64,000 nt of DNA from Escherichia phage EcNP1. Of this stretch, positions 38,077 to 48,172 are shown piece by piece. Each line of letters opens with the position of its first letter. Within the stretch, counting starts at the first letter, position 1. Location: the sequence record NC_054910.1. One strand, given 5' to 3'. Made by a program: the position numbers and the translations under genes. The notes under the pieces are model-generated. The model had not been told where the DNA came from and did no database searches. It saw nothing but the letters and a program-made list of their open reading frames with translations.

Positions 38077-38538
38077 TCATTGAGTTTTAATTACTGCTTT
38101 AGAAGCCTTTCCCGGTAAACGACGACTATTGATAATTGCCATCCTGCACTGAAGTGACGGGTCTTTGAACTTCGCATTAGGTTTACAAACTGTAAATCCA
38201 AGCCAAAGATTTCCATCTGTGATTTCTAAACGCCCAGGACGATATTCAACCCCATCAATAAAATCCTCATCAATGTCAGGCCGCGGAGGCATACTCAGGA
38301 ATTCATTAACTTCTAAAACATGGTCTTTTATTTTGTGGAATAATTCAAAAACATATGTCTCATCAATCTCCCGCTGAATTGCACGATCAAGAAGATGCTG
38401 AGAATATTTTAGATGAAACGATGAGACTCCTGCTGCTTTTGATGCCTCACGAATCTCATTGTTAATTTGACGAAACTCCGACTCAAAATGACGACGGAGT
38501 TTATTTCGACGGATAAAAACTTCTGTGTTGATAGTCAT
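38077..38538 (-). CDS. regB: RegB endoribonuclease
   Basis: 153 aa as T4 RegB; early promoter immediately upstream. Confidence 0.88.
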   Translation of the reverse strand: MTINTEVFIRRNKLRRHFESEFRQINNEIREASKAAGVSSFHLKYSQHLLDRAIQREIDETYVFELFHKIKDHVLEVNEFLSMPPRPDIDEDFIDGVEYRPGRLEITDGNLWLGFTVCKPNAKFKDPSLQCRMAIINSRRLPGKASKAVIKTQ

Positions 38539-38561
38539 GTTATTCTCCTCTTAACTGATAG

Positions 38562-38597
38562 AAAAATTATACCACAGTCAAGAGGAAAAGTAAACAG
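38562..38597 (-). promoter_or_regulatory. T4-type early promoter
   Basis: Plus aaattatacca...agtaaac (38589-38595). Confidence 0.6.
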
Positions 38598-38918
38598 TTA
38601 TTCTTTAAATCTAATCAATTTATTCATAGACTTTGAAACTTCTGCACGAACCTCATGTAAATTTTTGAGTTGCTCAAGACGCTGCGCATAGTAAGCAATT
38701 TCATCTTCTTCGAGACAGTCCTGTGAATCTTCTTTAAGATAACGCGCATAGTCCTGGAAAGCGTTACGGACTACTTCCTGGAAGTCATCAAGACTTTGAA
38801 TTTTCTTAGGAGCAACAGATACACGACGAGGGGCAGTATAATACTCATAACCAAACCCTGCGCTTAATTGAGCCATTAATATTTTTCCTCTGGTTGGAAC
38901 ACTGCACGACAAGCCCAC
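38598..38918 (-). CDS. Hypothetical protein
   Basis: ORF track 106 aa. Confidence 0.6.
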   Translation of the reverse strand: MGLSCSVPTRGKILMAQLSAGFGYEYYTAPRRVSVAPKKIQSLDDFQEVVRNAFQDYARYLKEDSQDCLEEDEIAYYAQRLEQLKNLHEVRAEVSKSMNKLIRFKE

Positions 38919-39142
38919 ATACTGGCTTCTTTGAGTTTCGTTTTAGCAATAGTTAACTGATCGAGACTTTCAGCATAATTCTTCGCGAATTCACAGTCTT
39001 CACAATTATCTAGCGCTTCCCAGAATTCATCATATAAAGCATCAAAGATAAGTCCTAAACGAACTTCAGCATCTTTGATAGCATTCACTTTACTGATTTT
39101 ATCGTCAGTATGTGGCTTATAACCTTTAATGTCTTCAATCAT
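38876..39142 (-). CDS. Hypothetical protein
   Basis: ORF track 88 aa. Confidence 0.55.
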   Translation of the reverse strand: MIEDIKGYKPHTDDKISKVNAIKDAEVRLGLIFDALYDEFWEALDNCEDCEFAKNYAESLDQLTIAKTKLKEASMWACRAVFQPEEKY

Positions 39143-39356
39143 ATTTTACTTCCTCACCTGTTCCCAAATCATATTCAACTAAACGAATAGGTTCATGAAT
39201 GCCATATCCTTGAACAGAAATTTCTGTCGTAGGATAAATTCCATTAATATCACCCATGTTCCACGCTTCATTAAATTGCTGTTCGCCTGAATTACTAAAC
39301 CACTCGGCGAAAGCATTTAGCACATCTTCAGAACCTTCAATAATTATCTTTGCCAT
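39135..39356 (-). CDS. Hypothetical protein
   Basis: ORF track 73 aa. Confidence 0.55.
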   Translation of the reverse strand: MAKIIIEGSEDVLNAFAEWFSNSGEQQFNEAWNMGDINGIYPTTEISVQGYGIHEPIRLVEYDLGTGEEVKYD

Positions 39357-39718
39357 TACAAACTCTCAGTAAAGGTACGAGCAATAACGTCGCGTTGCTG
39401 CTCCGGAGTCAGAGAGTTAAAGCGAACTGCGTATCCGGATACACGGATGGTCAGCTGCGGATATTTTTCCGGATGCTTAACTGCATCTTCCAGAGTTTCG
39501 CGACGCAGAACGTTTACGTTCAGGTGTTGACCACCCTCGATTTTAACTGTAGGTCGTGTTTCAATTTCAATTTCACGGGCATGCAAACCATAGAAAATTT
39601 CTGGGTCTACAAAAGAATCCTCTTTAAAGGTTTTAGAAACAATAATTCGTGCTTGAATACCATCTTCAAAATAAATAGTACCTTTATGTGTGCCTTCAAG
39701 AATTTGGTATGCTTTCAT
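39356..39718 (-). CDS. Autonomous glycyl radical cofactor (GrcA/YfiD-like)
   Basis: C-terminal 61 aa ([10 protein letters not shown]...[29 protein letters not shown]) match E. coli GrcA as recalled; start at MKAYQ with RBS GAGAGG. Confidence 0.85.
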   Translation of the reverse strand: MKAYQILEGTHKGTIYFEDGIQARIIVSKTFKEDSFVDPEIFYGLHAREIEIETRPTVKIEGGQHLNVNVLRRETLEDAVKHPEKYPQLTIRVSGYAVRFNSLTPEQQRDVIARTFTESL

Positions 39719-39726
39719 ATAACCTC

Positions 39727-40056
39727 TCAATTAGAAAATAAATTTATCCAAGATTGTTCTTTAATTAAAAATGGCTCAGAATCATATGCCATTAAACTTT
39801 GGGTGATTAGTCCTTTAAAAGGTCCATCAATAAATTCCATGGTAAAATATGGAATTTTATTCATTAATCTTGCATTAGGAGCAGTGCACAAAACTCTGCA
39901 TCCTTTGAATACACCTTTTTGTAATTTGTATTGCTTAGGATAAAATTCGCTCAAGACGTTGTTATTTGCCAAAATTTCAAAATGATTCACCAATTTATTT
40001 TTAACAGTTTTTGGCGAAAAATAAAGATATTCGAAAAGTTGCGTATCTGTCATCAT
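39727..40056 (-). CDS. Hypothetical protein
   Basis: Internal start MMTDTQ with ATGA overlap; ORF-track start 40107 also ATG. Confidence 0.55.
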   Translation of the reverse strand: MMTDTQLFEYLYFSPKTVKNKLVNHFEILANNNVLSEFYPKQYKLQKGVFKGCRVLCTAPNARLMNKIPYFTMEFIDGPFKGLITQSLMAYDSEPFLIKEQSWINLFSN

Positions 40057-40595
40057 TGCATTCCAATTACGAAAAACTGTGGACGAGTAATACCACCAAT
40101 GCAGCATTTACTATTGCAGCAGTGTTGCACAGTTTCAATATGAATATCGTAAATTTTATCCATATCAGGAGCTTTAACAGGCTCATCAATTATATACAAA
40201 ATTCGAGAAAGTGATAAGCCTCTGAATTTGCTACCTCTATTACCAATAAAACTACGGACAGAATCAATAAATAAGCGGAATCGAATATCATCGCTAGAAT
40301 AACGAGAAAATTCTTTTTTAATGTGTCCCGCAGAAATTTTAGCATAAGCTGAAGTATTAGAAAGAACAATAACTGTTCCACCGTCATACAACCAATTAGC
40401 GGCAAAATTAGTTACTGCAGCTGATTTACCGGATTGTCTGCCACCATCTAAACGAAGTGTACAATATTCTTTAAATAAATGCGACGAATCAAGTACATAA
40501 AATCCACTATTACAAATTTCTTCTACTCTAGCATCAGAATGGTGTGTAAAAGCATTCATCAGGGATAGATAAGGACCAGTTAAAAATGTTCTCAT
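40053..40595 (-). CDS. Small P-loop NTPase (Walker A GGRQSGKS, Walker B IYIIDEP)
   Basis: ORF track 40053..40643; start uncertain, RBS-supported ATG at 40593-40595. Confidence 0.6.
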   Translation of the reverse strand: MRTFLTGPYLSLMNAFTHHSDARVEEICNSGFYVLDSSHLFKEYCTLRLDGGRQSGKSAAVTNFAANWLYDGGTVIVLSNTSAYAKISAGHIKKEFSRYSSDDIRFRLFIDSVRSFIGNRGSKFRGLSLSRILYIIDEPVKAPDMDKIYDIHIETVQHCCNSKCCIGGITRPQFFVIGMQ

Positions 40596-40772
40596 TTTAT
40601 TCTCTCTAAATTTGGGCCATTCCATGGCGCATGAATTGTCCATTTCTGTATTTACCCATTACCGCACTTGGGCTCGACCTTATTACAGGTTGGCGGGAAT
40701 CCCTCATAGAATCATGAGGTCCAGCTTGTTCCCATGTTATTTGAATGTAAATAGGCCTAAGTATCGGCCTTA

Positions 40773-41348
40773 TTAATTACCACGGGCTGCATTAGCAACG
40801 GCGTAAGCATACTGAACATTAGCGTCTTTAAACGTACCTTTAGAGGTATCTAGTTCTGCCTTAAAGCCGCCTTTAGTCATAACCTCGGCGAATTCTTTAC
40901 GGAAAGCCATTGCATCAAGACCTTTCCATGCCGATTTGTGCTTGGCAAATTCAAGACCGGCGAAGTTGACAGCCTTAGCTAATTTATTATCAATAACCCA
41001 TTTACCAGCTTTAGGCGCAAACACTGGGCCTTTCTGTTTAGAGAATAATTTTAAATTCCAGCGACGAAGGTCACCGTCAGCTTTAACAAAAGCTGCGTCC
41101 AAGTTACTAGCAACAACATCTTGAATATGGCCAAATTTAAGCCCATCAACTTCAATATTTAGATCAGTACGCCAGCGAAGTCCTTCCCAAGCGAAAGCTT
41201 TAAAGTCGGAAGCTTTTGTAGCTAAGTATCGTTCAATAGGGGCTGTTTTAGGGTCAAAACCATTTCCTCGGTAAGTCCACTCATCTTTATTAATGCCTTT
41301 GGCCTTTTCCACAGAAGCTTCAGCGATAAATTCTTTATACGTTTTCAT
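40773..41348 (-). CDS. ipIII: Internal protein III (capsid targeting sequence MKTYKEFIAEA)
   Basis: 191 aa; CTS N-terminus; T4 IpIII-like. Confidence 0.88.
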   Translation of the reverse strand: MKTYKEFIAEASVEKAKGINKDEWTYRGNGFDPKTAPIERYLATKASDFKAFAWEGLRWRTDLNIEVDGLKFGHIQDVVASNLDAAFVKADGDLRRWNLKLFSKQKGPVFAPKAGKWVIDNKLAKAVNFAGLEFAKHKSAWKGLDAMAFRKEFAEVMTKGGFKAELDTSKGTFKDANVQYAYAVANAARGN

Positions 41349-41369
41349 GTGTTTCCTTGTTTGTTTTGA

Positions 41370-41408
41370 TAGAGTAATTATACCATATTAATACTTAAGC
41401 GTAAACTG
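41370..41408 (-). promoter_or_regulatory. T4-type early promoter
   Basis: Plus agtaattatacca...gtaaac (41401-41406). Confidence 0.6.
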
Positions 41409-41409
41409 T

Positions 41410-41664
41410 TTAAGCTTTACCGCCAGAAATAATTCCGAAGTTGTTAAAATCGTATCCAATATCGTCAACATCTACTTTAGGGCTTACTACAACATAAGCA
41501 ATTTCACTACGTTTTGCATAGGTGTTTATTTCTTTACCATTGCCGCCTGAGAAAGAATACCCATTACGTTTTAATGAGCCAAAATCTTCGGCATCACCAA
41601 TGAAAGCTTTAACTTTAAATTTGGGGCCTTTGGCATCTGCTTCAGCGATAAATTCTTGATACAT
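41410..41664 (-). CDS. ipII: Internal protein II-like (CTS variant MYQEFIAEA)
   Basis: 84 aa; RBS AAGGAAAAA; CTS-like N-terminus. Confidence 0.75.
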   Translation of the reverse strand: MYQEFIAEADAKGPKFKVKAFIGDAEDFGSLKRNGYSFSGGNGKEINTYAKRSEIAYVVVSPKVDVDDIGYDFNNFGIISGGKA

Positions 41665-41676
41665 TTTAATTTTTCC

Positions 41677-42090
41677 TTAGTAAATTGATTTACCATAGTA
41701 TTTGTACCAAGTAGGACGTTGAGCAATTTTTTCATCTAAGCATGCTTGACTTATCGCAATGGACGCTTCGTCCGGGACATAATTATTACGAAATTCGGCA
41801 GGGATGTCGGAAATATCCTGGACAGTCGTGTCCTTGATTTTGAAACCACGTTTCAAGCATTCAGCGATTAGCTCGATTTGACGTAAACGTAAAAATTCGA
41901 GTTTGTCGTAAAAGAATGTTACGTGACCTGTGCCTAATATAAATGTTGGAGAGATTTTAAAATCCTTTACACATTTACCGTTTTGAACATGTTTACGGAC
42001 TGCACCAAATACGCGTGGTAATTCACGATACTCAGCCATAAGATGTTGGTCGGCCAATTCAGAAACAAGTGTTAAATTGATACGGGTCAT
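41677..42090 (-). CDS. denV: Endonuclease V (pyrimidine dimer glycosylase)
   Basis: Start [11 protein letters not shown] (ATG 42088-42090, RBS GGAGGAAA), 137 aa; matches T4 DenV as recalled. Confidence 0.92.
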   Translation of the reverse strand: MTRINLTLVSELADQHLMAEYRELPRVFGAVRKHVQNGKCVKDFKISPTFILGTGHVTFFYDKLEFLRLRQIELIAECLKRGFKIKDTTVQDISDIPAEFRNNYVPDEASIAISQACLDEKIAQRPTWYKYYGKSIY

Positions 42091-42110
42091 AATTTCCTCC
42101 AAGTAGTTGA

Positions 42111-42148
42111 TGAATGTATAGTATCAAAACCCTTGGAGGAAGTAAACA

Positions 42149-42149
<1 letters not shown>
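42111..42149 (-). promoter_or_regulatory. T4-type early promoter
   Basis: Plus aatgtatagtatca...agtaaac (42141-42147). Confidence 0.65.
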
Positions 42150-42951
<802 letters not shown>

Positions 42952-43407
42952 TTAAAAGAGGTTGTTCATTATTCGGTAAAGTGAAGGACCCATCACATAT
43001 TGCCACTGAGTGCGAGGAATAAGAGCAAAAGCATCCATCTCTGGAATCATAACACCATCTTTATTTTCAAAATAAGACTCGCAATGGCAATTTCTAAACA
43101 TCTCATGCTCTACTGGAATCGTATAATAAAATAACTGAAGGTCTTTATTACTAGAATATTTAAATACACCTAGGTCTTCTAGAAGGTCTGGATTATAATT
43201 GCTAAAACCAGTCTCTTCTAAACATTCTCTTCGTGCTGCATCTAGTGCGTTTAAATCAGAATTTTCTACACGGCCTTTTGGAATATCCCAGCGATGTGCC
43301 ATCATTCCAGGCTTACGAGAACCAGTAACCCGTCCCATGAATAAATCTTTATCTTCTGTCATAAAGATAATACCAGCTGATAGTGTTTTCATTTTAATTT
43401 CCTGCAT
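42952..43407 (-). CDS. nudE: Nudix hydrolase
   Basis: 151 aa; Nudix box GRVENSDLNALDAARRECLEETGF; RBS-supported alternative start at 43392. Confidence 0.9.
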   Translation of the reverse strand: MQEIKMKTLSAGIIFMTEDKDLFMGRVTGSRKPGMMAHRWDIPKGRVENSDLNALDAARRECLEETGFSNYNPDLLEDLGVFKYSSNKDLQLFYYTIPVEHEMFRNCHCESYFENKDGVMIPEMDAFALIPRTQWQYVMGPSLYRIMNNLF

Positions 43408-43877
43408 TCAGTGATAAAGTTATTTAAATTTTGAGTATATTTCTTTTCATCAAAAATCTTTTGTTGTCTGCGTAGCCGCCATGGCATTTCTATGAACGTG
43501 TACCATATCCCAGATAATATTGCTGCTGTAAAAATATTAACAAGTATGGTTAAAAGAATCCAATCTCCTATTCTGTCCATTGGATTTTTTATAAAAAAGT
43601 AAAATATGAATGATGTCACAGGAAGACTAATAATATACCACAGAATCATAATTTTATCTGTGAACCAATCAGCGTTCGTTAACTTAGCGCGACCATTATA
43701 AATACACACGAATTTATCATCTGTTGCAGTAGATGGCTTAACTGGTTGATATCCCATTCTAAACTCCCTAATTAACAAATTTTTCATATCTTCGGAACAG
43801 CCATTCCAGTCAACTCTATCAACTGGAATGCCATCATCCCCATCATCTAAATCATACCAGCGAGTTTTTAAAATCAT
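43389..43877 (-). CDS. Small membrane protein (paralog family, C-terminal CRKLK tail)
   Basis: ORF track 162 aa. Confidence 0.65.
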   Translation of the reverse strand: MILKTRWYDLDDGDDGIPVDRVDWNGCSEDMKNLLIREFRMGYQPVKPSTATDDKFVCIYNGRAKLTNADWFTDKIMILWYIISLPVTSFIFYFFIKNPMDRIGDWILLTILVNIFTAAILSGIWYTFIEMPWRLRRQQKIFDEKKYTQNLNNFITECRKLK

Positions 43878-44236
43878 TTAATTTTCCTACAATCACTCAC
43901 AAACTCTTCCATTGATTCTTTTTCAATATAAGACATGTAGTTATTATATTCCTTTAATTGTATTTTGTAATCCTTTTTTCTTTGCCAATTTATTTTAAAA
44001 TTATCATAATGAAAATATAGCATGGTGCCAAAGAATGAAAATAATGAAATCGCTATAGTATAACGAAGTTCACTCCAAACCTCTGTTATAATTACTGTGC
44101 CGTCGATGTTTAAAATAAAACAGTCAATTAGCAATCCAATAAGACTACCCGCAAGAGCTGCAAATACTGACACAGCAAGAATTAATAGTGCCTCGGGAAA
44201 CGAATATTTGACTTTATTTAGTTTTGGCTTTTGCAT
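43874..44236 (-). CDS. Small membrane protein (paralog family, C-terminal CRKIK tail)
   Basis: ORF track 120 aa. Confidence 0.65.
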   Translation of the reverse strand: MQKPKLNKVKYSFPEALLILAVSVFAALAGSLIGLLIDCFILNIDGTVIITEVWSELRYTIAISLFSFFGTMLYFHYDNFKINWQRKKDYKIQLKEYNNYMSYIEKESMEEFVSDCRKIK

Positions 44237-44631
44237 CGTGATTCCTTAACAAATTTCATAATTTCATTAAATTCATACATATCTAGTTTAAGCTGGTGTT
44301 CCTTTTTAATCTTTTTACACTGAGCTTTCCATTCACGTACACGTTTACGATAATGCCTTCCTTGATACCAATATCCTACCCAATTTACAGGTACTAATAA
44401 AAATGGAACTACTAATGGAAGAATTAATACTGACAGAAATATTACACCAGATTCAATATCAGTCATAACGTCTATAACCATTCCAATAATCAATAGAATT
44501 ACAAATGATATAGCTGTCACAGGACCTATTAATACATCGGTAGAAATTATCTGGTGCTTTGGTTCATACTTCAAAGGTTTACTTGGAAGGTATAGTGATG
44601 GCTTTGACATATTCTCTACATTCCTTAACAA
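44218..44631 (-). CDS. Small membrane protein (paralog family)
   Basis: ORF track 137 aa. Confidence 0.65.
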   Translation of the reverse strand: MLRNVENMSKPSLYLPSKPLKYEPKHQIISTDVLIGPVTAISFVILLIIGMVIDVMTDIESGVIFLSVLILPLVVPFLLVPVNWVGYWYQGRHYRKRVREWKAQCKKIKKEHQLKLDMYEFNEIMKFVKESRCKSQN

Positions 44632-45193
44632 ATTTTTCTAGTAATAAATCGCTTTCAAAATTGGGATTTTCCACGAATTTATCAAAAAGATCATCAATAA
44701 TAGTCAAGATATTCCTTTTATTAAGAATACGCTTATTTTCATATTTTGTTTCAGAGTCAACTATAAGAGTAAAGAAATATTTCTTTCCCTGAAATTTTAC
44801 CGTAGTATCAATATAGAACAAATTTGACTTTTGTAAATTACGTTTAAACCATGCGTCACTTAAACTATAAACGCCAAGATAATCATAATCGTCATTTAAA
44901 TAACAAACTGTCCATTCAGGAGAAATGAAATCAGTAAATTCAACATCAAAATCACACGTCAATGAATGAATTGATTCAATACTGTTAATGAGTATTCCAG
45001 GACGTATTAAAGACTTTTTACCTCTAGAAAATCTTCCAGAAAGACTTTCATCAGTTTCATATGAAGACCCCCAATAGTAATTACGTCCTTCTGCCATACG
45101 TTTAAGAGCATTTAGTAATTGGTCTGGAACATCAACCTGTCTTTGGAACTCTTCAAACATTGAATTGAAATCACTTTGCATTTTCATTTTCAT
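44579..45193 (-). CDS. Hypothetical protein
   Basis: ORF track 204 aa. Confidence 0.68.
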   Translation of the reverse strand: MKMKMQSDFNSMFEEFQRQVDVPDQLLNALKRMAEGRNYYWGSSYETDESLSGRFSRGKKSLIRPGILINSIESIHSLTCDFDVEFTDFISPEWTVCYLNDDYDYLGVYSLSDAWFKRNLQKSNLFYIDTTVKFQGKKYFFTLIVDSETKYENKRILNKRNILTIIDDLFDKFVENPNFESDLLLEKFVKECREYVKAITIPSK

Positions 45194-45212
45194 TCCTATT
45201 TACTCCAAGTAT

Positions 45213-45231
45213 AAGGGGCCGAAGCCCCTTA
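45213..45231 (-). other. C(UUCG)G hairpin
   Basis: Plus aaggggccgaagcccctta. Confidence 0.65.
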
Positions 45232-45234
45232 TCA

Positions 45235-45828
45235 TTATTTCAGAGAATTAATGTATTCCTGAACATCGGCAGAGGTAGTTTCAACCCCGGAAATATTACC
45301 GTTAAAGGTTTCAACTCGAGCAAGAGTATCTTCAATATCAACCTTAGTTAGCGCTGCGATTTCAACTACATCATCAGCAGTACTAATTCCAAGGGCATTT
45401 GCCGCACGAGTTTCACGGATATATTCCAATTTAACTGCAAGTTCTTGACGAGCATCATCTAACTCAACTACTTTCTTGGCGATTTCAATTCGCATTTCAG
45501 CATAACCATCAGCTTTAGTAGTCAACTGCTCAGCTGTTCGACGATATAGTAAACCGAGCTTAGCATGCATTGTTACATCTTGACCTTCGGAAAGAAGTTT
45601 GCGAATTTCACGCTCTTTTGATTCGGCTTGTCGATTCTTTTCGATAACAAGTTCACGAATACGTTTTTCTTCATTAATAGATTTAACAGAAGCAGTTTTT
45701 AGGTCTTTAATTTTGTCAAGAAGTTTTGCTGCTGCAGCAGTATACTGTTCTTCAACAGATAGATTTTTAGCCATAGCAGAACCAAGTTTAGTGCGAATAA
45801 ACTCAACAATTTTCTTCAGTGTGTTCAT
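45235..45828 (-). CDS. Coiled-coil protein
   Basis: ORF track 197 aa; early promoter upstream. Confidence 0.72.
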   Translation of the reverse strand: MNTLKKIVEFIRTKLGSAMAKNLSVEEQYTAAAAKLLDKIKDLKTASVKSINEEKRIRELVIEKNRQAESKEREIRKLLSEGQDVTMHAKLGLLYRRTAEQLTTKADGYAEMRIEIAKKVVELDDARQELAVKLEYIRETRAANALGISTADDVVEIAALTKVDIEDTLARVETFNGNISGVETTSADVQEYINSLK

Positions 45829-45865
45829 AGTATTTCCTTAGGTTGATTAAAAATTAAAATCTGTG

Positions 45866-45902
45866 GAAGAATTATATCATGCTATTTAAGAGATGTAAAC
45901 TA
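45866..45902 (-). promoter_or_regulatory. T4-type early promoter
   Basis: Plus gaattatatcat...tgtaaac (45894-45900). Confidence 0.6.
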
Positions 45903-46402
45903 TTTTTAATTTTACAAATTCGTTCAGCTTCTTCAACAGCGGCGGCGATAATGCTTTTAGCTATAGGAGTACTAATACTAGTAGCTTTTACACTTAACAC
46001 GATTTCTTTATCTTTACCAGGCCAACCCCACGATTTTTCACCGTGAGTGCCTTTAATTACAGCAGACACCTCAAGTGAGCATCCATTATCATATGTTTTT
46101 ACATTGACAACCCAAGGTTCACTTTTCTCAATCGGTTTCTCAATCGGTTTATCCCAGTAAATATTAAGAATACGTGGGACATCAAATTTGGCAGGACAAA
46201 TCTTAACTGTAAGACCTTCGCTTTCTAGCCAATTAATAAGAGGGCGTTCATACAGGCGACGATGTGGGCTTGGGATTCGACAAGCCTTATGTCCGTTGCT
46301 TGCGGCTTCACTAAGCTGTTCTAATACCTGCTTTTGCATTATTGATAAGATACCATCAAAAGATTTTTCGGAAGTTTCATTCAGTTCGGTATAAAGAGAC
46401 AT
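45872..46402 (-). CDS. Hypothetical protein
   Basis: ORF track 176 aa. Confidence 0.68.
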   Translation of the reverse strand: MSLYTELNETSEKSFDGILSIMQKQVLEQLSEAASNGHKACRIPSPHRRLYERPLINWLESEGLTVKICPAKFDVPRILNIYWDKPIEKPIEKSEPWVVNVKTYDNGCSLEVSAVIKGTHGEKSWGWPGKDKEIVLSVKATSISTPIAKSIIAAAVEEAERICKIKNSLHLLNSMI

Positions 46403-46423
46403 AACAGTTTCCTCAAATTATAG

Positions 46424-46460
46424 GCTCATAATATCTCAATCATGAGCCTATGTAAACTTA
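46424..46460 (-). promoter_or_regulatory. T4-type early promoter inside a 10-bp inverted repeat
   Basis: Plus ataggctcat aatatctcaatc atgagcctat then tgtaaac (46452-46458). Confidence 0.55.
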
Positions 46461-46721
46461 TTTCATATTATTAAAATATTCTTCTGCGATTTCGTCGTTA
46501 TCATGGTAAACTTTAGAAGACAGTTTAACATAACCTTCAGCAGTGAACATGTTAATCACAACATTTACAGTATACCACTGACCATCTTCATTACCCATTA
46601 CTGCGTAAGTTTCAAACATCGGATGATCAGGACCGATAACTTTAATATCATTCACTGTACGACCGAAATCTTCTGAAACGCATTTCATAAAGAAGTTGAA
46701 CAGTTCGCCGTAATTATCCAT
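46458..46721 (-). CDS. Hypothetical protein
   Basis: Internal start MDNYGELFNF with RBS GGAGAA. Confidence 0.55.
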   Translation of the reverse strand: MDNYGELFNFFMKCVSEDFGRTVNDIKVIGPDHPMFETYAVMGNEDGQWYTVNVVINMFTAEGYVKLSSKVYHDNDEIAEEYFNNMK

Positions 46722-46758
46722 TTCATTCTCCAAGTTGTTTTTCTGTATCAGTAGTTGA

Positions 46759-46797
46759 TAGTTGTATAGTACCATGGAAGAACAGGGATGTAAACAG
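46759..46797 (-). promoter_or_regulatory. T4-type early promoter
   Basis: Plus gttgatagttgtatagtacca...tgtaaacagttttgtgaaaaa (46789-46795). Confidence 0.7.
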
Positions 46798-46928
46798 TTT
46801 TGTGAAAAATTTTTTAAAAAGTTTTAGGGAATTCTAGGGAAGGGAGGGGCAATTAAAGGATAGGATAATATATTATAAAGGGTAGAAACTAAATGATGCT
46901 TAGAGAGGTCCAGAAAGGCCTAGATACC

Positions 46929-46953
46929 AAAAAGCCCTATCATTTAGATAGGG
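46929..46953 (-). terminator. Rho-independent terminator
   Basis: Minus RNA CCCUAUCUAAAUGAUAGGG followed by CUUUUU, after 46962 stop. Confidence 0.65.
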
Positions 46954-46961
46954 ATTTAAAA

Positions 46962-47525
46962 TTATTTATCTAGTTTAGTTATTATAGCTTCTGCGGCAGC
47001 TTTTAGCTTAGATGCAGTGTTAATACGATTTTTAATTTCAGTATACGCATCGCCAAGAACATCAAGGCTATCAGAATAAACACTTACACTATTGCGTTCG
47101 CTATTTGAAATAAAACCTTTAGTTTTACGATCAAAATCGGTGTACACGTCTTGAAGATCACGGGCAGCCTTCTTTGCATCATCCAATGCATCAAGAGCTT
47201 TATTCAAAGCATTAACATATTTTTTAGTGTCAAACATATTCTTAGAAATTTTAACAGGTGCACGTTCAGGAGTAGCTAAGGCAGATTTAGGAACATGAGC
47301 GCCAGATGCCAATTTCTTAGAAATTTTGAAAAACGCTTTATTGAATTTATTTTCTTGACTCATCGTAAAAGAACTATTATCGATGTTATACATTTCAATA
47401 GCTTTAGCTTTCCACTTAAGAAAATCGCCACGGTCTTTTGGGTCTAATTGAAAGAATACTTTAGTAAGATCTGCTTCAGACGGTAATTTTGCTGCTTCGG
47501 TCAAAAATTCGGCATAGGTTTTCAT
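46962..47525 (-). CDS. Internal-protein-like protein with CTS (MKTYAEFLTEA)
   Basis: 187 aa; RBS AAGGA; CTS-like N-terminus. Confidence 0.75.
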   Translation of the reverse strand: MKTYAEFLTEAAKLPSEADLTKVFFQLDPKDRGDFLKWKAKAIEMYNIDNSSFTMSQENKFNKAFFKISKKLASGAHVPKSALATPERAPVKISKNMFDTKKYVNALNKALDALDDAKKAARDLQDVYTDFDRKTKGFISNSERNSVSVYSDSLDVLGDAYTEIKNRINTASKLKAAAEAIITKLDK

Positions 47526-47615
47526 TTAAAATCCTTGAAATAATTTATCGGTTGGTTATTAATTATTTATTACTTTGTTATTATCCGCAACAGCATTCTC
47601 TATGTGATTCAAACT

Positions 47616-47642
47616 AAAAAGCCCCAACCTTTCGGTCGGGGC
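47616..47642 (-). terminator. Rho-independent terminator, GNRA tetraloop (repeat copy 1)
   Basis: Minus RNA GCCCCGACCGAAAGGUUGGGGC followed by UUUUU. Confidence 0.75.
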
Positions 47643-47650
47643 TAAGAATG

Positions 47651-48123
47651 TTATTTGATTTGTTTAGCAGACCAAATGCGGTCTTTAATAATTTTTTGGA
47701 TGTCTTCAACATACTCTAGGTCATGAGCATGTGGGTTGTCTTTGAAACTATAAGCACGGGCTAACTTTTGGCCTTCGGTTTTGATTACTAAAAGCTCTTT
47801 AAGGATAGCTTCATATTTAGCGATAATTCCTTTAACAATATTTTTTTCTTGTGCAGCTTTAGGATCTGCTTTAGGAGCAGGTTTACCGGAAGGTTTTTCG
47901 AAAGCCGCACCAGTAGCAACCAGGCTTTTCCAGGCGGTGGTAACATAGTTACCCACAAAGCCTTCAGCTCTCATATCGTCGTAGAACTTGTACCTGGATT
48001 CGTCAGAAGCATCTTTATAAGAATATTTACCAGCTTTAATAGCAGCAGTTGCTACAGCGCGAACATCTGAAGCGGATGCTTCATTTAACACCACTTCATT
48101 TAAAATTGAGCATATGATTTCAT
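47651..48123 (-). pseudogene. Internal-protein-like gene disrupted by frameshift
   Basis: ATG 48121-48123 with RBS AGGAAA encodes MKSYAQF then TAA; 147-codon ORF continues in another frame; ~14-nt tandem duplication at junction. Confidence 0.45.
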
Positions 48124-48162
48124 CTTATTTCCTGTTTTAATTCGTGATTTAATACACTACTA

Positions 48163-48170
48163 TATTTATA
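48163..48170 (-). promoter_or_regulatory. Late promoter TATAAATA
   Basis: Plus tatttata between terminator copy 2 and the disrupted Ip-like gene. Confidence 0.55.
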
Positions 48171-48172
48171 CT

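Noticed and set aside
39350-39943. Plus-strand ORF of 197 aa
   Set aside because: Antisense to well-supported minus-strand genes (GrcA-like and neighbor); no RBS or promoter; likely spurious.
47651-48094. Programmed translational bypass (gene 60-style hop) at the MKSYAQF-TAA junction
   Set aside because: No matching take-off and landing codons or obvious take-off hairpin; a tandem duplication/frameshift is the simpler explanation.
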